Shown piece after piece: positions 24,134 to 37,540 of a stretch of 64,000 nucleotides of DNA (position 1 is the first letter of the stretch; every line of letters starts with the position of its first letter). Source of the stretch: Anolis carolinensis (taxonomy: Eukaryota). Made by a program: the position numbers and the translations under genes. The notes under the pieces are model-generated. The model saw only the letters and a program-made list of their open reading frames with translations. It was not told the origin of the DNA and searched no databases. The DNA lies in contig NC_085845.1 in the NCBI RefSeq assembly GCF_035594765.1, forward strand, positions 21,818,024 through 21,882,023. The letters are read 5' to 3'.

Positions 24134-26911
24134 AATTCCATTCACTGATTGTCATCAAAAGTCTTCTTTTCTTAAATGTGTGCATACAGGTTCTTATGCA
24201 TGAGGTTACATAAAGCATGTAGTGTTATTTGCTCCCATACACAACAAAGGTTAAGAGTAGGACTCCAGAAAATCATTTGGAGTCCTTTACATCTTAGTGA
24301 CTGATTTATTTTTACTGCTCTCACCTTTTGGCTGGAATTCATTACCATCTCCAGAGGTCGCTTATTGGACCATGAAGGTAACTGATTATTCTGGTTGCAA
24401 AAACATATTGCTAACATATTCATTTTAAAAGCTGCCTTATCAGACAATATGCTAGGACTTAATCAATGTCTAAATGTATTAGTGAGTTTTTATTGCATTC
24501 CCAAGAATCCCAAGACTCTGGTTGACCTTGGATGAACTTTGTCAGGGATGAATGCAAACAGTTCATTAAGCCATTCTTTCCATATCCCCCCTCCCCCCGC
24601 CCCCCCAGTACAACTTAAGTAACTGTACACTTTCGACATTGCAGTAAGTTCCATTGCATTCATCGGAATTTACTCCCAGGAATACATGTGTAGGATTGCT
24701 GCATGATTTCCTGTATTTTTCTACTGTTGAAAATGTCTCTAATCCAAACTTCTCAAATGTAGAGACAGAGAAAGAGAGGCCCTTTTTGAATATACAATTT
24801 TCCCATGTAGAACAATTAATAAAATGGTAAAACACAATTTTAATTAACTTTGATGTAATGAACCAATAGCTCCCATATTTTTAGATATAATATCCCTAGT
24901 AGGCCACAGCCAGTATCTGAATAATGTACCTTTGGAAATTAGTGGGAGGCAGAATAATTATCTGAGAGATGCAACACCCTCATTTTGCATCTCCTTCCAA
25001 CTAACTACATCCTTGGATCACTGAAAGAGTCACTGTGATCTTTGGTCTTTGGAACACCAGAACCTGTAGAACTTTATTTCATGGGGTTAGGTATTATACC
25101 ATACATGGTGCTGTATTTGGAGTCATCTTGGGATTCAATTGTAGCCCATCTTAAGTGGATAGCATTTTGATTGAAAAGATTATAAACTACTGAAAAGCTC
25201 AGATCTACCATTAAACAGACTGAGATTATTGTCTGAGGTAACAGATGCTGTGTGGCCATATAAATTATTGGAGAAGAAAGCTGTGAATTCCAGGCAGATC
25301 GTTCTACATTTTCTAAATAGGCCTAATACACAGAGAACATCTGTTATTATATTGTGCATAACAGAAAGACATTACCAAATCTGGTGATGAAAAGCAGTAT
25401 TTTCTAAATGTCATGGTGTATAGTGCTGGGTGCAGTTGACAACTGTATTCTCTGCAGCAATATTGTTGGATCCAAAACAGTTTGATGCGTCTTCATGCAT
25501 GTTGAAAACAATAATATAGTATTATTAAAAGACTGAAAAGGTTTTTTATTTCTTTATCTTTTTTCTCAAGAAACAGCCTTGTTCTTGATTACCAACTGCA
25601 CTAAAGCCCATTTCCTAATGCAAACTTTATTTTTCTACTGCTTAAAATGTGTCCAGCTGCATATTAGTTTTGAAGATTTGACTGACATTTGGAAGTGGGG
25701 CGGGGTGGGGCATATCATCTTGTATTCCATCCCAGGCAAATAAATTGAATTACTGTGAATCAAATCACAAAAACAATATGTATTGAATCACAAAAACATC
25801 TGTCATCCCAAAACATTCCCAGATTATGGACTCACTTATTTACTATTTAGTTACAATGTATGCAGCTACAAGATAAGTATTCCGCTTGGCACCATTGTCT
25901 TAAAGCAAAACAACAACAAAAACAACAACTTCATTATTTTTCCTCTGATAAATATGATTCAGCCAAAGAAATTTTACATAGCCTGAAAAGACTTATGATG
26001 GTAGATTTGGGAAATAGATCTGGGGTTTTTTTCCTGGTAAGAAGGCATGACAAGTTTAAAAAATAATGCACGACATGAAGCAAGAAAATGGTTTTCTTTT
26101 GTACCTTCTTCTCTCTCTATTCCACTATCACTCCACTCCATTTTGTTTCTTGTTAAACTAGAACTGTTGGCCATTGTGGGATGCTGGATGCTTGATGCTT
26201 GACCTATTGAACCTATTGTTTGATCCAGCAAGACTCCTTTTGTTTTTATTTTCCAGGCATCTCTCTAATGCTTTGGATCAGTGTTTGGTATGAAGTCCCT
26301 TTCTGACTTTGGCTAGCATTTTATTACACTTTCAAACTGTCAGGCTCTTTTGCACCTGTCAGTACAATAGTAAATCATTAGGAGAGTGCATTACACCCAA
26401 ATATCTGTGCCACACACTCCATACAAGAGAGATAGCTATTACACACAGGCTGCAATTATACACAAAATGACCATTTCATCCAATAATAATAATAATGGTT
26501 CTAGATTGTTTTAAGATTAAAAATACAATTCATAAAACTCCAGCATAAAGCTAACATTTGCAGCACGTAGTCCTGAGAGTATGAGGCACAATGTAAATGT
26601 TCACTGTCTGACAAGGAAGAAACAGCTCTGTACCCTGGTTTCACGCAGCAATTATATGTTTAAAATTAGCAGATATCAAACATTTATAGGAACCAGAGAA
26701 CATACAGTAAACTCATTAAAGTAAAGAGGTGTGCACCAAGACAGATGTGGTGAATCCTTCTATGATAGGAAACACCCTACTGAATGATACTTGAATCCCT
26801 TTTTGGCACCAACACTTAATTTTTACTTCTGGTTCTTGAGCAATATCAGAAAACTGACCTACCAGAGTGAAACCTAGCACTGTTGCTTGACTGCTGCATT
26901 AGTATCTAACC

Positions 26912-27046
26912 CAGTGGTTCTCAACCTGTGGGTCCCCAGGTGTTTTGGCCTACAACTCCCAGAAATCCCAGCCAGTTTACTAGCTATTAGGATTTCTGGG
27001 AGTTTAAGGCCAAAACATCTGGGGACCCACAGATTGAGAATCACTG
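26912..27046. mobile_element. hAT MITE with SPIN-like termini, 135 bp
   Basis: TIR CAGTGGTTCTCAACCTGTGGGTC, perfect 8-bp TSD ATCTAACC. Sits in a decayed L2 fragment (~26840-27350). Confidence 0.92.
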
Positions 27047-28351
27047 ATCTAACCAATTGGAGTGCACTCTTCTTGAAGAAGCAGGTATGTATCTCAGTGG
27101 TTCTTTGGGATCCAGCTTTGTCACTGGAAGCTCAAGTAGACTATGTGATCCAGAATGCTTGGCACCAGTTTTGACTGGTGTGTCAGCTATGGGCCTTCCT
27201 GCACTACTGTAAAATATTTTACATGGGGCTGCCCTTGAAAGACTCCACAGAACCTGCAGCTACTGCTAAATACAGATGCGCAATGCTGACTAGATTATAG
27301 ACTTCTGCAATGCATATCTTAAAAGATTTTCACTAGCTGTCAATATGCTTCTTGTATGGATTAAAGAGAAAGATAGAAATATTTTAAATAATAATTTAAT
27401 TAATTAATTAATTAATTAATTATTATTGTCCCATGTAGTAGAAACCAAGCAGAGATGGTGAAGAATCTTGACCTGCAATTTTGCAAACTGAGCTTGTAAA
27501 TTGTAGGCCAGCTCTCACTGCGATGAATATGACTGTGCTTCAATATTCATCAAGTTAGCAAGGCAGACGTTAAATAAAGACATGAGGAACTGAGATTATG
27601 GAAATAGGAGAAAACTGGGTTGGGGGGGAGGTGAAGATTCTGCTTACCTTATTAAATGCACAAGGTAGCCAACAGGTTTTTGGTTACACAAGGGACTGCT
27701 GCCAGGCACAGTCTTCTGAAATCCTGAACAGCAAGATGTAAGTATGATATGGGACAAAAATATAATTTCTTTCAAGAAGAAGAACTTCCTTCCAATGGAA
27801 AATCACTGAAGTTCAGTTCTACTAATTTTCTACAAGTAATTTCAAAGAAGTGGACTACAGATAGGAAGAATACAGTCAAGCATTTGTCTCTAAAATGTTC
27901 TTCCAGCAGCCCAATTTGTTCTCTATGCTAAGTAAAGAAATATACTTAGCATACTGTGATACAACACGGAGCTTAGAAACACTACTCAGGAACTACCCCC
28001 CCCCCCCACTAATTCCCCAAAGATCACAGTTATGCTGTTGAAGGATTCTGTCAGCTGCAGTCCAAAAAAGTAGCCTTTCCGCCCTCTGATCCAACACAGT
28101 CTCTCCTAAACTTGGGCAGATTCATGTCAATTGCAACATTCTTTGTACTATTAGTCATGAAGCTATCTGAGGCATACCTTTTCCAACTTCTGTATGTGTT
28201 TACTCTGTTAGTAGGCGAAAGCACACATTGTTGCTCTCTGCTGAACTCTAGACCCTTGTGTCCTATTAAGCAGGTCAAAAGGGGATATGCTTAGGGTGCA
28301 ATGGGAGTGATTCGGTTTTTTTTTTACACCAAAGCATCTCCCCAGTTTTTT

Positions 28352-29443
28352 TGTCGTAAATAACTAGAACTGCAGATAAATGGATCTGTGCCTGGCAAGC
28401 ACAAGCTAAACCGAATGGGCCAGGACAGAGAAATACTCACCAGGCTGAAGATAAGCCAGAGAGGTTTATTCAATTCAGCCAAAAGGGGTGTAAGTACAAG
28501 AAGGTGCTTCAAAATGTACAAGCATAAAAACATACAGAGAAAGCAAGATGTTTTATACAGTTTGACTGCTATTCAAAACTCCTGCTCTCCTCCCTGATTG
28601 GCCGAGAGAGGGGCCAGTTTGAGTTGCTGTCCTCATTGGCCGAGGGTGCTACTGATGTTGCCGTCTTCAGTCAGAGAGTCCCTTTCTCAGGGAAATGACA
28701 GCCTGGAATTTGATGGCCGGGGAACCAATCAGCTGCTGAGACATCCCCTGGGAGGATAGATCCTTTGTGAAGACAATATCAGTGAAATGACAATGAGCCT
28801 TTGATTGACTCAACTGTCCAGTTCAATATTTAACAAAGGCGTAAGGCTCCTGAGACAAAAGGTAATGATCTCAGCAATCAAGGGTTGGATCACAAATAAA
28901 GAGGTTTTTGAATGTACATACTTCGAGTCTCTGTTTCCACAGTTAGCAATTTCTCAGTCTCAGGTGGGCCATTTATCTAGACAAATATTTCCTGGCTTAT
29001 CTAGGATGACACGGGAAACAGTTTATCTCTGCATACATAAACAATGGATTATGGTGATTGTTCTGGCTGGCAAACAGCCAAAGGGATTTGCCAAATGATC
29101 CTGCTTGGGAAATCTCTCAGCGGGATTACATAGAAATGAATGTCTCTGGGCTGATCTTGCTACATTTTATAAGGAAGTTTATACATTCTATATAAAAGAA
29201 ATGGCCATAATATATAGACAGATACAGGTTAGGCAGAAGCCAGGAAAAATAGAAAAAAATATTAAAGCATTGGAATGATAAGAGTATTTGAGGAGGAGAA
29301 GCTGCTGCTGGTCCATTTTTGATCTCAGCTGCTATGAATCAGCGAAAGTTTGAAGTTAAAATATTAATAAATATATATTTATCATGGAGCCCTTGCCAAA
29401 CTAAAGATATTTTGGGAGGAGGGGTCATTATGGTTCAACAACA
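28352..29443 (-). mobile_element. Probable solo LTR
   Basis: Ends TGTCGT...ACAACA. On the minus strand two CCAAT boxes, TATAAAA, then AATAAA, in LTR order. No TSD found, so the far boundary is uncertain. Confidence 0.5.
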
Positions 29444-30084
29444 TCCTGAAGGGGTTCACTGTGAGAGTTCTCTATTGAAAAACTGTCTGTTTTCTACGGT
29501 ACTATATTACTATTGACCTGTCTCCATACTCTACTTGGGGGCAAGTTACTAGATGTTATCTCTCAATTCCAGGGATTTCTGAAATGTGATGGATTATGTA
29601 GAATCATAAAAATGGAAGAGCCCACAAGGATAATTCCAACCCCATTTTATCATGGAGGAATATGCTATCAACACACTCTGGAGAGATGGCCTTCCAGACA
29701 GAGGGATCCTTGTTTGACTCATGGAATCTATGGAATTTTTCAGAGGTGGTGGGACAAGTTTTGTCCCCTATGTTATTTAACTTACACATAAAACTGCTAG
29801 GAGAGGTTGCCTGAAGTTTTGGGGTGTAGATGACACCAAGCTCTATTGCACCTTCCCACAAATTCTAAAGGAGATGTTTCCCTGTTAAACCAGTACATGG
29901 TATGTTGGGGGCTCTGGAACTCCCTTCCTAATGGGGTACGATCAGCCCCCTCCTTACTGGCCTTTCATTCGCAAATTAAAACCGTTCTGTGGAGCCAGGC
30001 CTTCCCAGACAAATGAAAATAGGCACTGCCAGTCTGATAAATATTTTGATAATATTTGACAAATATCTTCAGTGGATGGAGGTT

Positions 30085-30272
30085 ATGGATATCTTTAAAT
30101 GGTGCTTTCTGTACATTTTAAAATTGTTTTATTTGATATGTTAATTGGGTTTTATATCGGGATATGATGTTTTAATTGATTATGTATTGCTGTTTGATGT
30201 ATTTGTATGAATTTTATATGTTGTTCGGCACTTTGAATCCCACCCACAGGAGAAAAGCAGGATAGAAATGAG

Positions 30273-30320
<48 letters not shown>
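30085..30320 (+). mobile_element. L2-type 3' UTR with (AAT)n tail
   Basis: T-rich UTR, ...gcactttgaatcccacccacaggagaaaagcaggata, then a pure (AAT)n run at 30273-30320. Confidence 0.7.
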
Positions 30321-31010
30321 GGTTAGATGAGGGTGTGCAAATGGAGGCTGAATCCAAACAAGCAGAAATTATCCTTGTCAGTCAGAAGACCGATCTGGGA
30401 ACAGGAATTCAGTCTATCCCAGAGGTTGTTGCACTCCCTCTGAAGACATAGATTTGCACTTTATTTGTATTATTGGATTAGCCCTAGAGGCCCAGTTTTT
30501 GGCAGTGCTCAGAAATGCATTTGCACAGTTAAAGCTGTGCCCATTCCTGGAAGTGTTTGGTCTGGCAGTAGTGATACATGTCTTGATTCCATCCTGTTTG
30601 GATAATTGCAATGTGCTCTGTGTGGGATTGCCCTTGAAAAGTGCTCTGAAACATCAGTTGGCCCAAAGAACAGCATCCAGATTGTTAACTGGGACTGGCA
30701 ACAAGGACCATACAATTCCTTTGTCGCAAAAACACTATTGGCTGCTGTCCCAATTTCAGGAACAATGCAAAGTGCTGGTTATGACCTATAAATCCCTGTA
30801 CAGCTTGAATCCAGATTATCTGAAAGGCTATATCTGCCTATATGAACCTCTTAAAACTCTTAAGATCTTTGAGAATTGTGCTTGTCTTTGTCTAATTATC
30901 TTCCCAGAACATTTATTGGGAACAAGACAAAGGATCTTCTTGGCAGCAGACTTTGGAATTACTTCTCTAGGGGGATGCTAGGATAGCTTTCTCCTTCTGC
31001 AGCAAGTGAA
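30321..31010 (+). mobile_element. Decayed L2 LINE fragment
   Basis: ORF2 remnant NAFAQLKL...SCLDNCNVLCVGLPLK...KVLVMTYKSL, homologous to 17201-18308. Confidence 0.85.
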
Positions 31011-33413
31011 AATTTCCTGTTTTGCTAAATTTGATTGCAATGGGTTTTTAATGGTGTGTGGTTTGATAAATTGTTTAGCTTGTCTTTAAAAAGCTATTAA
31101 AAGGATGTACTGGTAATTCTATAGATTTTTTTTTTTTCATGAGAAAGAGAATGACCAGTTCTCCACATTTGTGGGTTTACCTTTTGGAGATTTGATTATC
31201 CACAGAATAGAGTTCGTCTACGGAAATTGACTGTAGTCAATGCTATAGGATTTAGAGATTTTTTGAGAAATCATTTCTCTCTATATTTGTAGGTACTGTA
31301 CTTCAGCATGATTCTATGATCAATGTCTTGCAGAAGGTGACCATGAAATTGTAATAGAGGACCTAAATATTCTCAAAGATGATTTCTCACAGGTTAAATG
31401 AAAAAGTTATTTTCCCACTTTTGTGAGAGTCTTTTGTCCCTAACTCCAACATATGTGGAGGGCCAACCTATTATGTTTTAATTGGTACTGGTTTTACTAT
31501 TTTGTTATCCAACTTGAGTCCCTGTATTGGGAAAAAATTGAGGAAGAAGAAGGAGAAAAAGAAGACTCAAATTCCTTTTCATCATTTAATTTCTTAATTT
31601 TGGCAAATTAGGCCAAAACATCCTTGCACACCTAGTAGCAGCTGACTGTCACATGGAGAACATTGTAAGAGGTTTATTCGCTTTGTGCTTAGAACTCAAC
31701 TGACATACATTGTTCCTTGCCCAGTTCTGTCAAATTGATAGCAGCAGTTGCACCAAACCAAAATTGGGAGCCTATAATCCAAACACAAGATAGTGTTGAA
31801 GTGAAGCTGATGAAACAGACTTTCAGGACAATTTGGAGTTTTAAAAATATCTTTAAGCACTGATGTATTTCATTTTCTGTTGTACAGATTTCTGATATAA
31901 CTATAACTTGGGAAGAACTATGAAATACAGGCACACTGCTGAATAAACCTCAAAGCTTCATATGAACTTTATCTTTAAAGGAGACCTGGATTTCTTTGCT
32001 TGTCTGGAGGTCTAAAATGATCCTACTCCATTTCTGTGTCATGAAAGAAGAAAATTGAACCGCAGTAGAAGAGCCAGTATGTTCCATGGAACCCAAGTAG
32101 TGAGTATATTAATAGAACACACAGTCCTTCTCCATAGGAGTCAGTCAGAAGGCTTCTCATTCCAGAGATTGTTGGCTATACTTTTATCGGCCCAGAAAGA
32201 CTGACGTCATGCCTGCTATCAGGTTGGCTGATTTCATATTGAAAACAGGTAATGCCATGACTTTCAATCTTCTTTAAGTTAGCTACTTTTATTCATATGG
32301 AGTAATAAACAGGACTTTAAACAGGACACTAACCTAAAGTGGGTTCAGTCTGGGTGAGCCTGAGATTGTTTCTATATTAACATCCACTAAAATTGGGAAG
32401 GATGACAACAGATCTTTAGACAGATGCATAATCACCACTGAGGACCACAGGGTTTATAATTATGCCCATTTTAAAATATATGTTTAAAAGCTTCAGGAAG
32501 GATGAATGAATGCCAGTTTTCCCACCACCATCACCCACAAATTTATTTCTGTTTTTACTGACAATTTCAGACAAACTTCATAAATAATAATTCAAAATAA
32601 ATAAGCAGGTCAGATCAAAATAGAATGCTGCAGATCAATTCTGGCCAAAATCCTGTCACTAAATGCATTCATCATTGGATTGTCTGGTCCTGGCAGCTGT
32701 TGGGTATGTTGAACAAGCCCCAATCTTTTAACTTCCAGTGGGATAATCATGTCAGTCTTTTTCAGGAAAGCCAACAAACTTCTGGCAATTTAAATAATAA
32801 CCTTATGCTTCCATAACAGGGTCCTTAACAGGGCTACCACAGGAATTACTACTGACCTAGATAATGCCTTTTCTCTTATTGTCAATTAATGTGTAAAACA
32901 TTTTAGCTTTGTTCTGTAATGAAAATTCAGTCTCACCATAGGGACAGCTGGTGGCTTCTGCATCAGCAGAGTAGAGATTTTGATTCATGTTGTACTCTGA
33001 ATTAAAAGGAGCCTAAATATCCCAAAGGCAACAAATTCTGTCTGGGGGTGGGTAAGCGGAATTTCAGTCCCCCTTCCCAAGCTCTTCATTTCCTTTTTCA
33101 TGTTGTTTTGTAAGTATAAAAACATACGCTGGTGCCATCTATGCATTGTCCGTTCTCCCATTAATCCTTTTGCACTTTTATTTGCAAATTTCATAACTAA
33201 GAGTCAAAAGTCAACCATAGTTCAAATAATATTTTCCATTGTGATTTTATATATTAGCTTCCATAAAATATATCTAAACCTGGAGACAGCCCTGTGCTGA
33301 TGTCATTTAGAAAAGGTTACCCCTATGAAAAAGCAAACCAACAAGTAATATTTCAAGAGAAAACAATATCACTGCCCACTGTTTTCTATATCTACCTTCA
33401 TTCATATGATATA

Positions 33414-33749
33414 CTGTATATACTCTTGTATAAGTCCACTTCATGTATATGTTGAGGGCAGGTTTGGGGGGGTGAATTATGGATTTTGATACGACCCTTT
33501 GATAAGCCAGGGGTTAATCTGTGTAGACAGCATTAGCCCAGACATCCAAAAAAGCCAAAAGTGACACCATGGCAGAGAAAGTAGAGGCACCAGTGCTTCT
33601 TTTTTAAAGGTTTTCTCAGGACAGAAGTGGTTTCTTATTTAATAAGAATTAAGTACAGTACTTACATTGATCCATGGATAGTTGATTCGGGTTTTTAGTT
33701 AAAAAAATTTTTGGCTAAAATTACTAAACTTATATGTGAATATATATAG
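33414..33749. mobile_element. Tc1/mariner-type MITE
   Basis: Degenerate TIR CTGTATATACTCTTGTATAAG / CTTATATGTGAATATATATAG with TA flanks. Confidence 0.65.
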
Positions 33750-34308
33750 TAACCTGTTTTGCTAATTTTTGCTAAAATGTAAAATGTATTTTTTCATTCT
33801 TCACTAATATTTTTGTATGAAAAAATTGCAAAGTAGGTAGAGCACCAATTGCATTCATCTAGGAGCACCAAACACCCCAACTGAACTGATTATTTGTCAG
33901 TCTTTTAATGCATCAATATTGCTTATGATGTGCTGACACTGATCTTTTTAATCCTGCCCTGCAATCTGAGATAATGACATGACCTAGATAATGGAGCCAA
34001 AAGACACAAACAGAGAAAAAAATCTGATATATAATGTCATTCCTTGGAAGTACAAAGTATCTTCTTTTAATGCTAAGAGATCATGTTGAGGATGTGTTGG
34101 AGCAGACGAAGGGAAGCACTTTAGGTATAGAAAGAAATGCTGAGATAACATTCGACAGGAAAAAAAAACTGACCCCACTCTTTGCAAATGCATTCATAAA
34201 CAATGTTAAGACTAATTGCAGTTAAAGTTGGTCCTCCAAATCCACATATTCTGTATCCACAGCTTGAAAATATCCAAAAAGAAACTCCCAAAAGGAAATA
34301 CTGATTTT

Positions 34309-34367
<59 letters not shown>

Positions 34368-34368
34368 C
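34309..34368. repeat. (AAC)20 microsatellite at the tail of a minus-strand L2-type 3' end
   Basis: Pure AAC run followed by tttatttatagaccaccctctctctccgaaaggactcagagcggttac. Confidence 0.92.
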
Positions 34369-35824
34369 TTTATTTATAGACCACCCTCTCTCTCCGAAAG
34401 GACTCAGAGCGGTTACCATTTTTCCATTTTAGATAAAGGACACCATTTTACTTTGCTTTGTATATAATGGGACTAGCATTCTTGGATTGTAATATTCACT
34501 GGAAGTCCTGGAACTAAACCACACCAGAAACCCAAAGTCTACTGGAAGTAGCAAGAGTGTGTGCTGGTTTTGAAACATGGGGATCTTTGGGTGTTAAACA
34601 GTGCATCCCATGCAGCCCATATGTGAGCAATGGATCCTTCTTTATGTGGTGGCAAATCCACTCTTGATTTTACCAATGCACCTCCCAGCAATGATTACAA
34701 GGTGGGGGAAATGAGATGCCATTTCAAATTGGTTGAGCCAGGCAGTCCATTCTATGGTCATTGGAGAAGCAGATAGGTGCACACAGCTGGATTATGTAAA
34801 TTGGATGAACAGGTTTCTCCTGCATGTTTTACAGGGCAGATAATGGCACATCTGCATGCAATGGGGTGAAGGTTGCTGAGAAAAGTTCAGTTAACCTGGA
34901 AGCTGATGATATTTGGGGAAATGACATAAGGCTATTATGATACTTACACTTCAAAAAGCAATCTTTGAACAGATAATTTGTTTGTGTTGTTTTGAACTAT
35001 GCTTTCTATCTAAGGAAAATCCATCAGGTACTTTCATCTTGTATTTTCCAAGGGCAGACTGTCTGGTTTTCCTGGTGGGGTTTCATCCTGTTACAGGAAA
35101 CAGAAACCACTTGCCTGATTCCCATAGAATGAAATATCAAGGGTCAGTGTGTCTCTGTGTGTGTCTCACTGAACTATTACCATGATTTTGTTACACTCAC
35201 CTCTCCATATCTGTGGATTTAACTTTTGCAGATTTCATGTTTTTTGTTCTCTTTCTTTATGCTTTTTAAAAATCTTTAAATCAGGTTTGTACTGGACAGT
35301 TTCCCAAAAAGTAGGCTGTCTTCTCTGAAAGGAGATGCCAGGTCACCCCCTCTTCCTTCCTTCTTCCAATAGGTATACAACTGTGCTGATAGTGAGATTG
35401 TGTCAGTGATTAATCATTTCAGTCAACTGAATGTATTGTCGATGTACAGGAAAATATTGTTTGGACTTGGGCATTTGCTTCTCAGCTCATGCTGTTGACA
35501 TTTTCTGTTTTCTGAGAAAAGATCCCAGTAACTCTCAGGATTCCCCTCACTATTTTGAATGGGTCATGAAGGGAAAAAAACATATTCCAGAAAGAGTGTG
35601 GGTTTTGAGAAAAAAGGGTTTTGCATATTTGCATGCATAAAAGATGGTGTGGGGTATAATTTTGGGATGATTCATGAAAACAGATGTAGTATTTGGAGGA
35701 CCACAAAAGTAGGTTTCAGGGACTGAATTCAGCCTTTGGGCCAGTTTTCCCACCCACGATTAAGAAAATTGTATTTATTGTATTGTGTTTACCAAAACCC
35801 TTCTCTTTAGTTTGACCCTAACTG

Positions 35825-36017
35825 TGTATGTTTGTATACCTTCAAGTTGCCTGTTGATATATTGTGATAACACGAGTTTAGGGTTTCTTAGGCAAGGAAA
35901 ACTCAGAGGCAGTTCCTTTCTCTGAACATGGCCCAGTCTCCCTCCAAGCACTAACCAGAGCTGACCCTGCTCAACTTCCATGATCAGAGAGGATCTGGTG
36001 CTTTGAGGATATTTAGG
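35825..36017 (-). mobile_element. 5S rRNA-derived SINE (5S head with RTE-type tail)
   Basis: Minus strand CTGATCATGGAAGTTGAGCAGGGTCAGCTCTGGTTAGTGCTTGGAGGGAGAC aligns to the 5S rRNA internal promoter region; tail ...caacttgaaggtataca. Confidence 0.75.
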
Positions 36018-37275
36018 AAGGGAAAGAGCAGAATTACAGCAATTGGCTGCAGAAAGCAACATTCTGGGTATCTCATTTCAGTAGGGCAACACTGGGACAC
36101 CAAATGTTTAATGTTTGAATAGAATAAGTGGAGTTCCAAACTTAAAATAAATAATTGGAGCATAATCTTCCCAACAAGAGGAGAGAGCATTCCTTGCATA
36201 CTGTACTGGTCAAAGCCTTCAAATTACCTCGTCCTCAAAATGCCAATCCAAATTGCTGTCAATTCTCATTTTACTTGGATCTCTCTCTGTGGCATCTGAC
36301 ACCATCTGACGCAAGCAAGACTCCACCAGGCTCTGGGCTTGCAAGCCATTTTAAAGGGATAATAAACCGCCCAGTTGCTTCCAAGCTCATAACTTATGTC
36401 GTCACTTTTGAGTTGTCTCCTGAAGAATTTACCTGGATACATTCCTCACTTCTGTTAGACAACACTTGGATGCTCTCAATCTCTATTTCAGTCTCAGCCA
36501 TTATCCATTTGTCCCACACATTGTTTTGGAACTAGCAATATTAGTCCAGGACAAGTTTCATTCCTGTTGATGATGTACAGATCAATTTGATTGTAAGCAT
36601 GATATTTAGCCAGGAAAGTAACATGTGTTTGATTAATACTCTAGCTGGAGAAAGTGACAGTCTAGGAGTTCTTTCCACACTTGGGGTACTGAAACAACCC
36701 AACAATTTTAAATATATATAAGTATGTATGTATGTGTAAGCCATTTCTCTTTCCAACTCCTCCTGTCAGCTGAACTTTTATTTACTTTGGGAATGTCGGT
36801 TTTGGCCCTTTTCATCGCTTTCATGCCAGTGAGTTCAAAACCCAAAATTATTGTTAACTGTTGGAAATTAGAACTTTTAATTCCAAGGTCAGATTCTGCC
36901 TAAATGCAAATATTCTTGAACAGCTCCTTGCCTATACAATTCTAGTTGTTCATAAAAGCTTTACAACCTGGCCATCCTCAAAACTGACCTTAAGAGGAAA
37001 GCAAACATGGCTCTCTCTGCTCAGATGTTTCCTGAAGGTTTGCTCCAGAATACACAGATCTCTTGTCTGGATTTTTCCACTCAGCTTGCTATGAATATCA
37101 CAGACAGCAAGTTTGTAAGGATTATATTCTCTACCACACTTTCTGTTCAACACAGTGGCAATCTGGGAGGAGGGGTCTGTTTTGGTACACTTGCCACAAG
37201 AAGGACTTTTTTCTTGATTCATGTACTGTACAATACTACACTATTTTCCTATTCATGCAGGGGGTGGGTGAGTGG

Positions 37276-37540
37276 CAGGCCCGTAGCCAGGATTTTGATT
37301 GGGCGGGCGGGGGGGGGGGGACTGAGTCTGAGTGGGAGAGGGACTACCCTAGCAAACCTTTTGTATCATTATCCCAATACCCCCATGCATATGGGATATA
37401 TTGAGCATGGCGATCAGATCGTGATATGAATAAACATAACAGTTTAAATAATACCAGTAAGGTCACCCTGAGAATTTCGGGGGGGGGGGAGGGCTGAAGC
37501 CCCTCAAGCCCCCCCCCCCCCCCCCCCGACTTCATGCCCG
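37276..37540. mobile_element. hAT-like non-autonomous element with G/C homopolymer runs
   Basis: CAGGCCCGTAGCC start, GACTTCATGCCCG end, subterminal poly-G and poly-C. No TSD recognised. Confidence 0.55.

Noticed and set aside
30454-30981. 175-aa ORF as a host gene
   Set aside because: It is a decayed L2 ORF2 fragment.
35935-36017. Functional 5S rRNA gene
   Set aside because: Diverged, lacks the 5S 3' end and is fused to a SINE tail.
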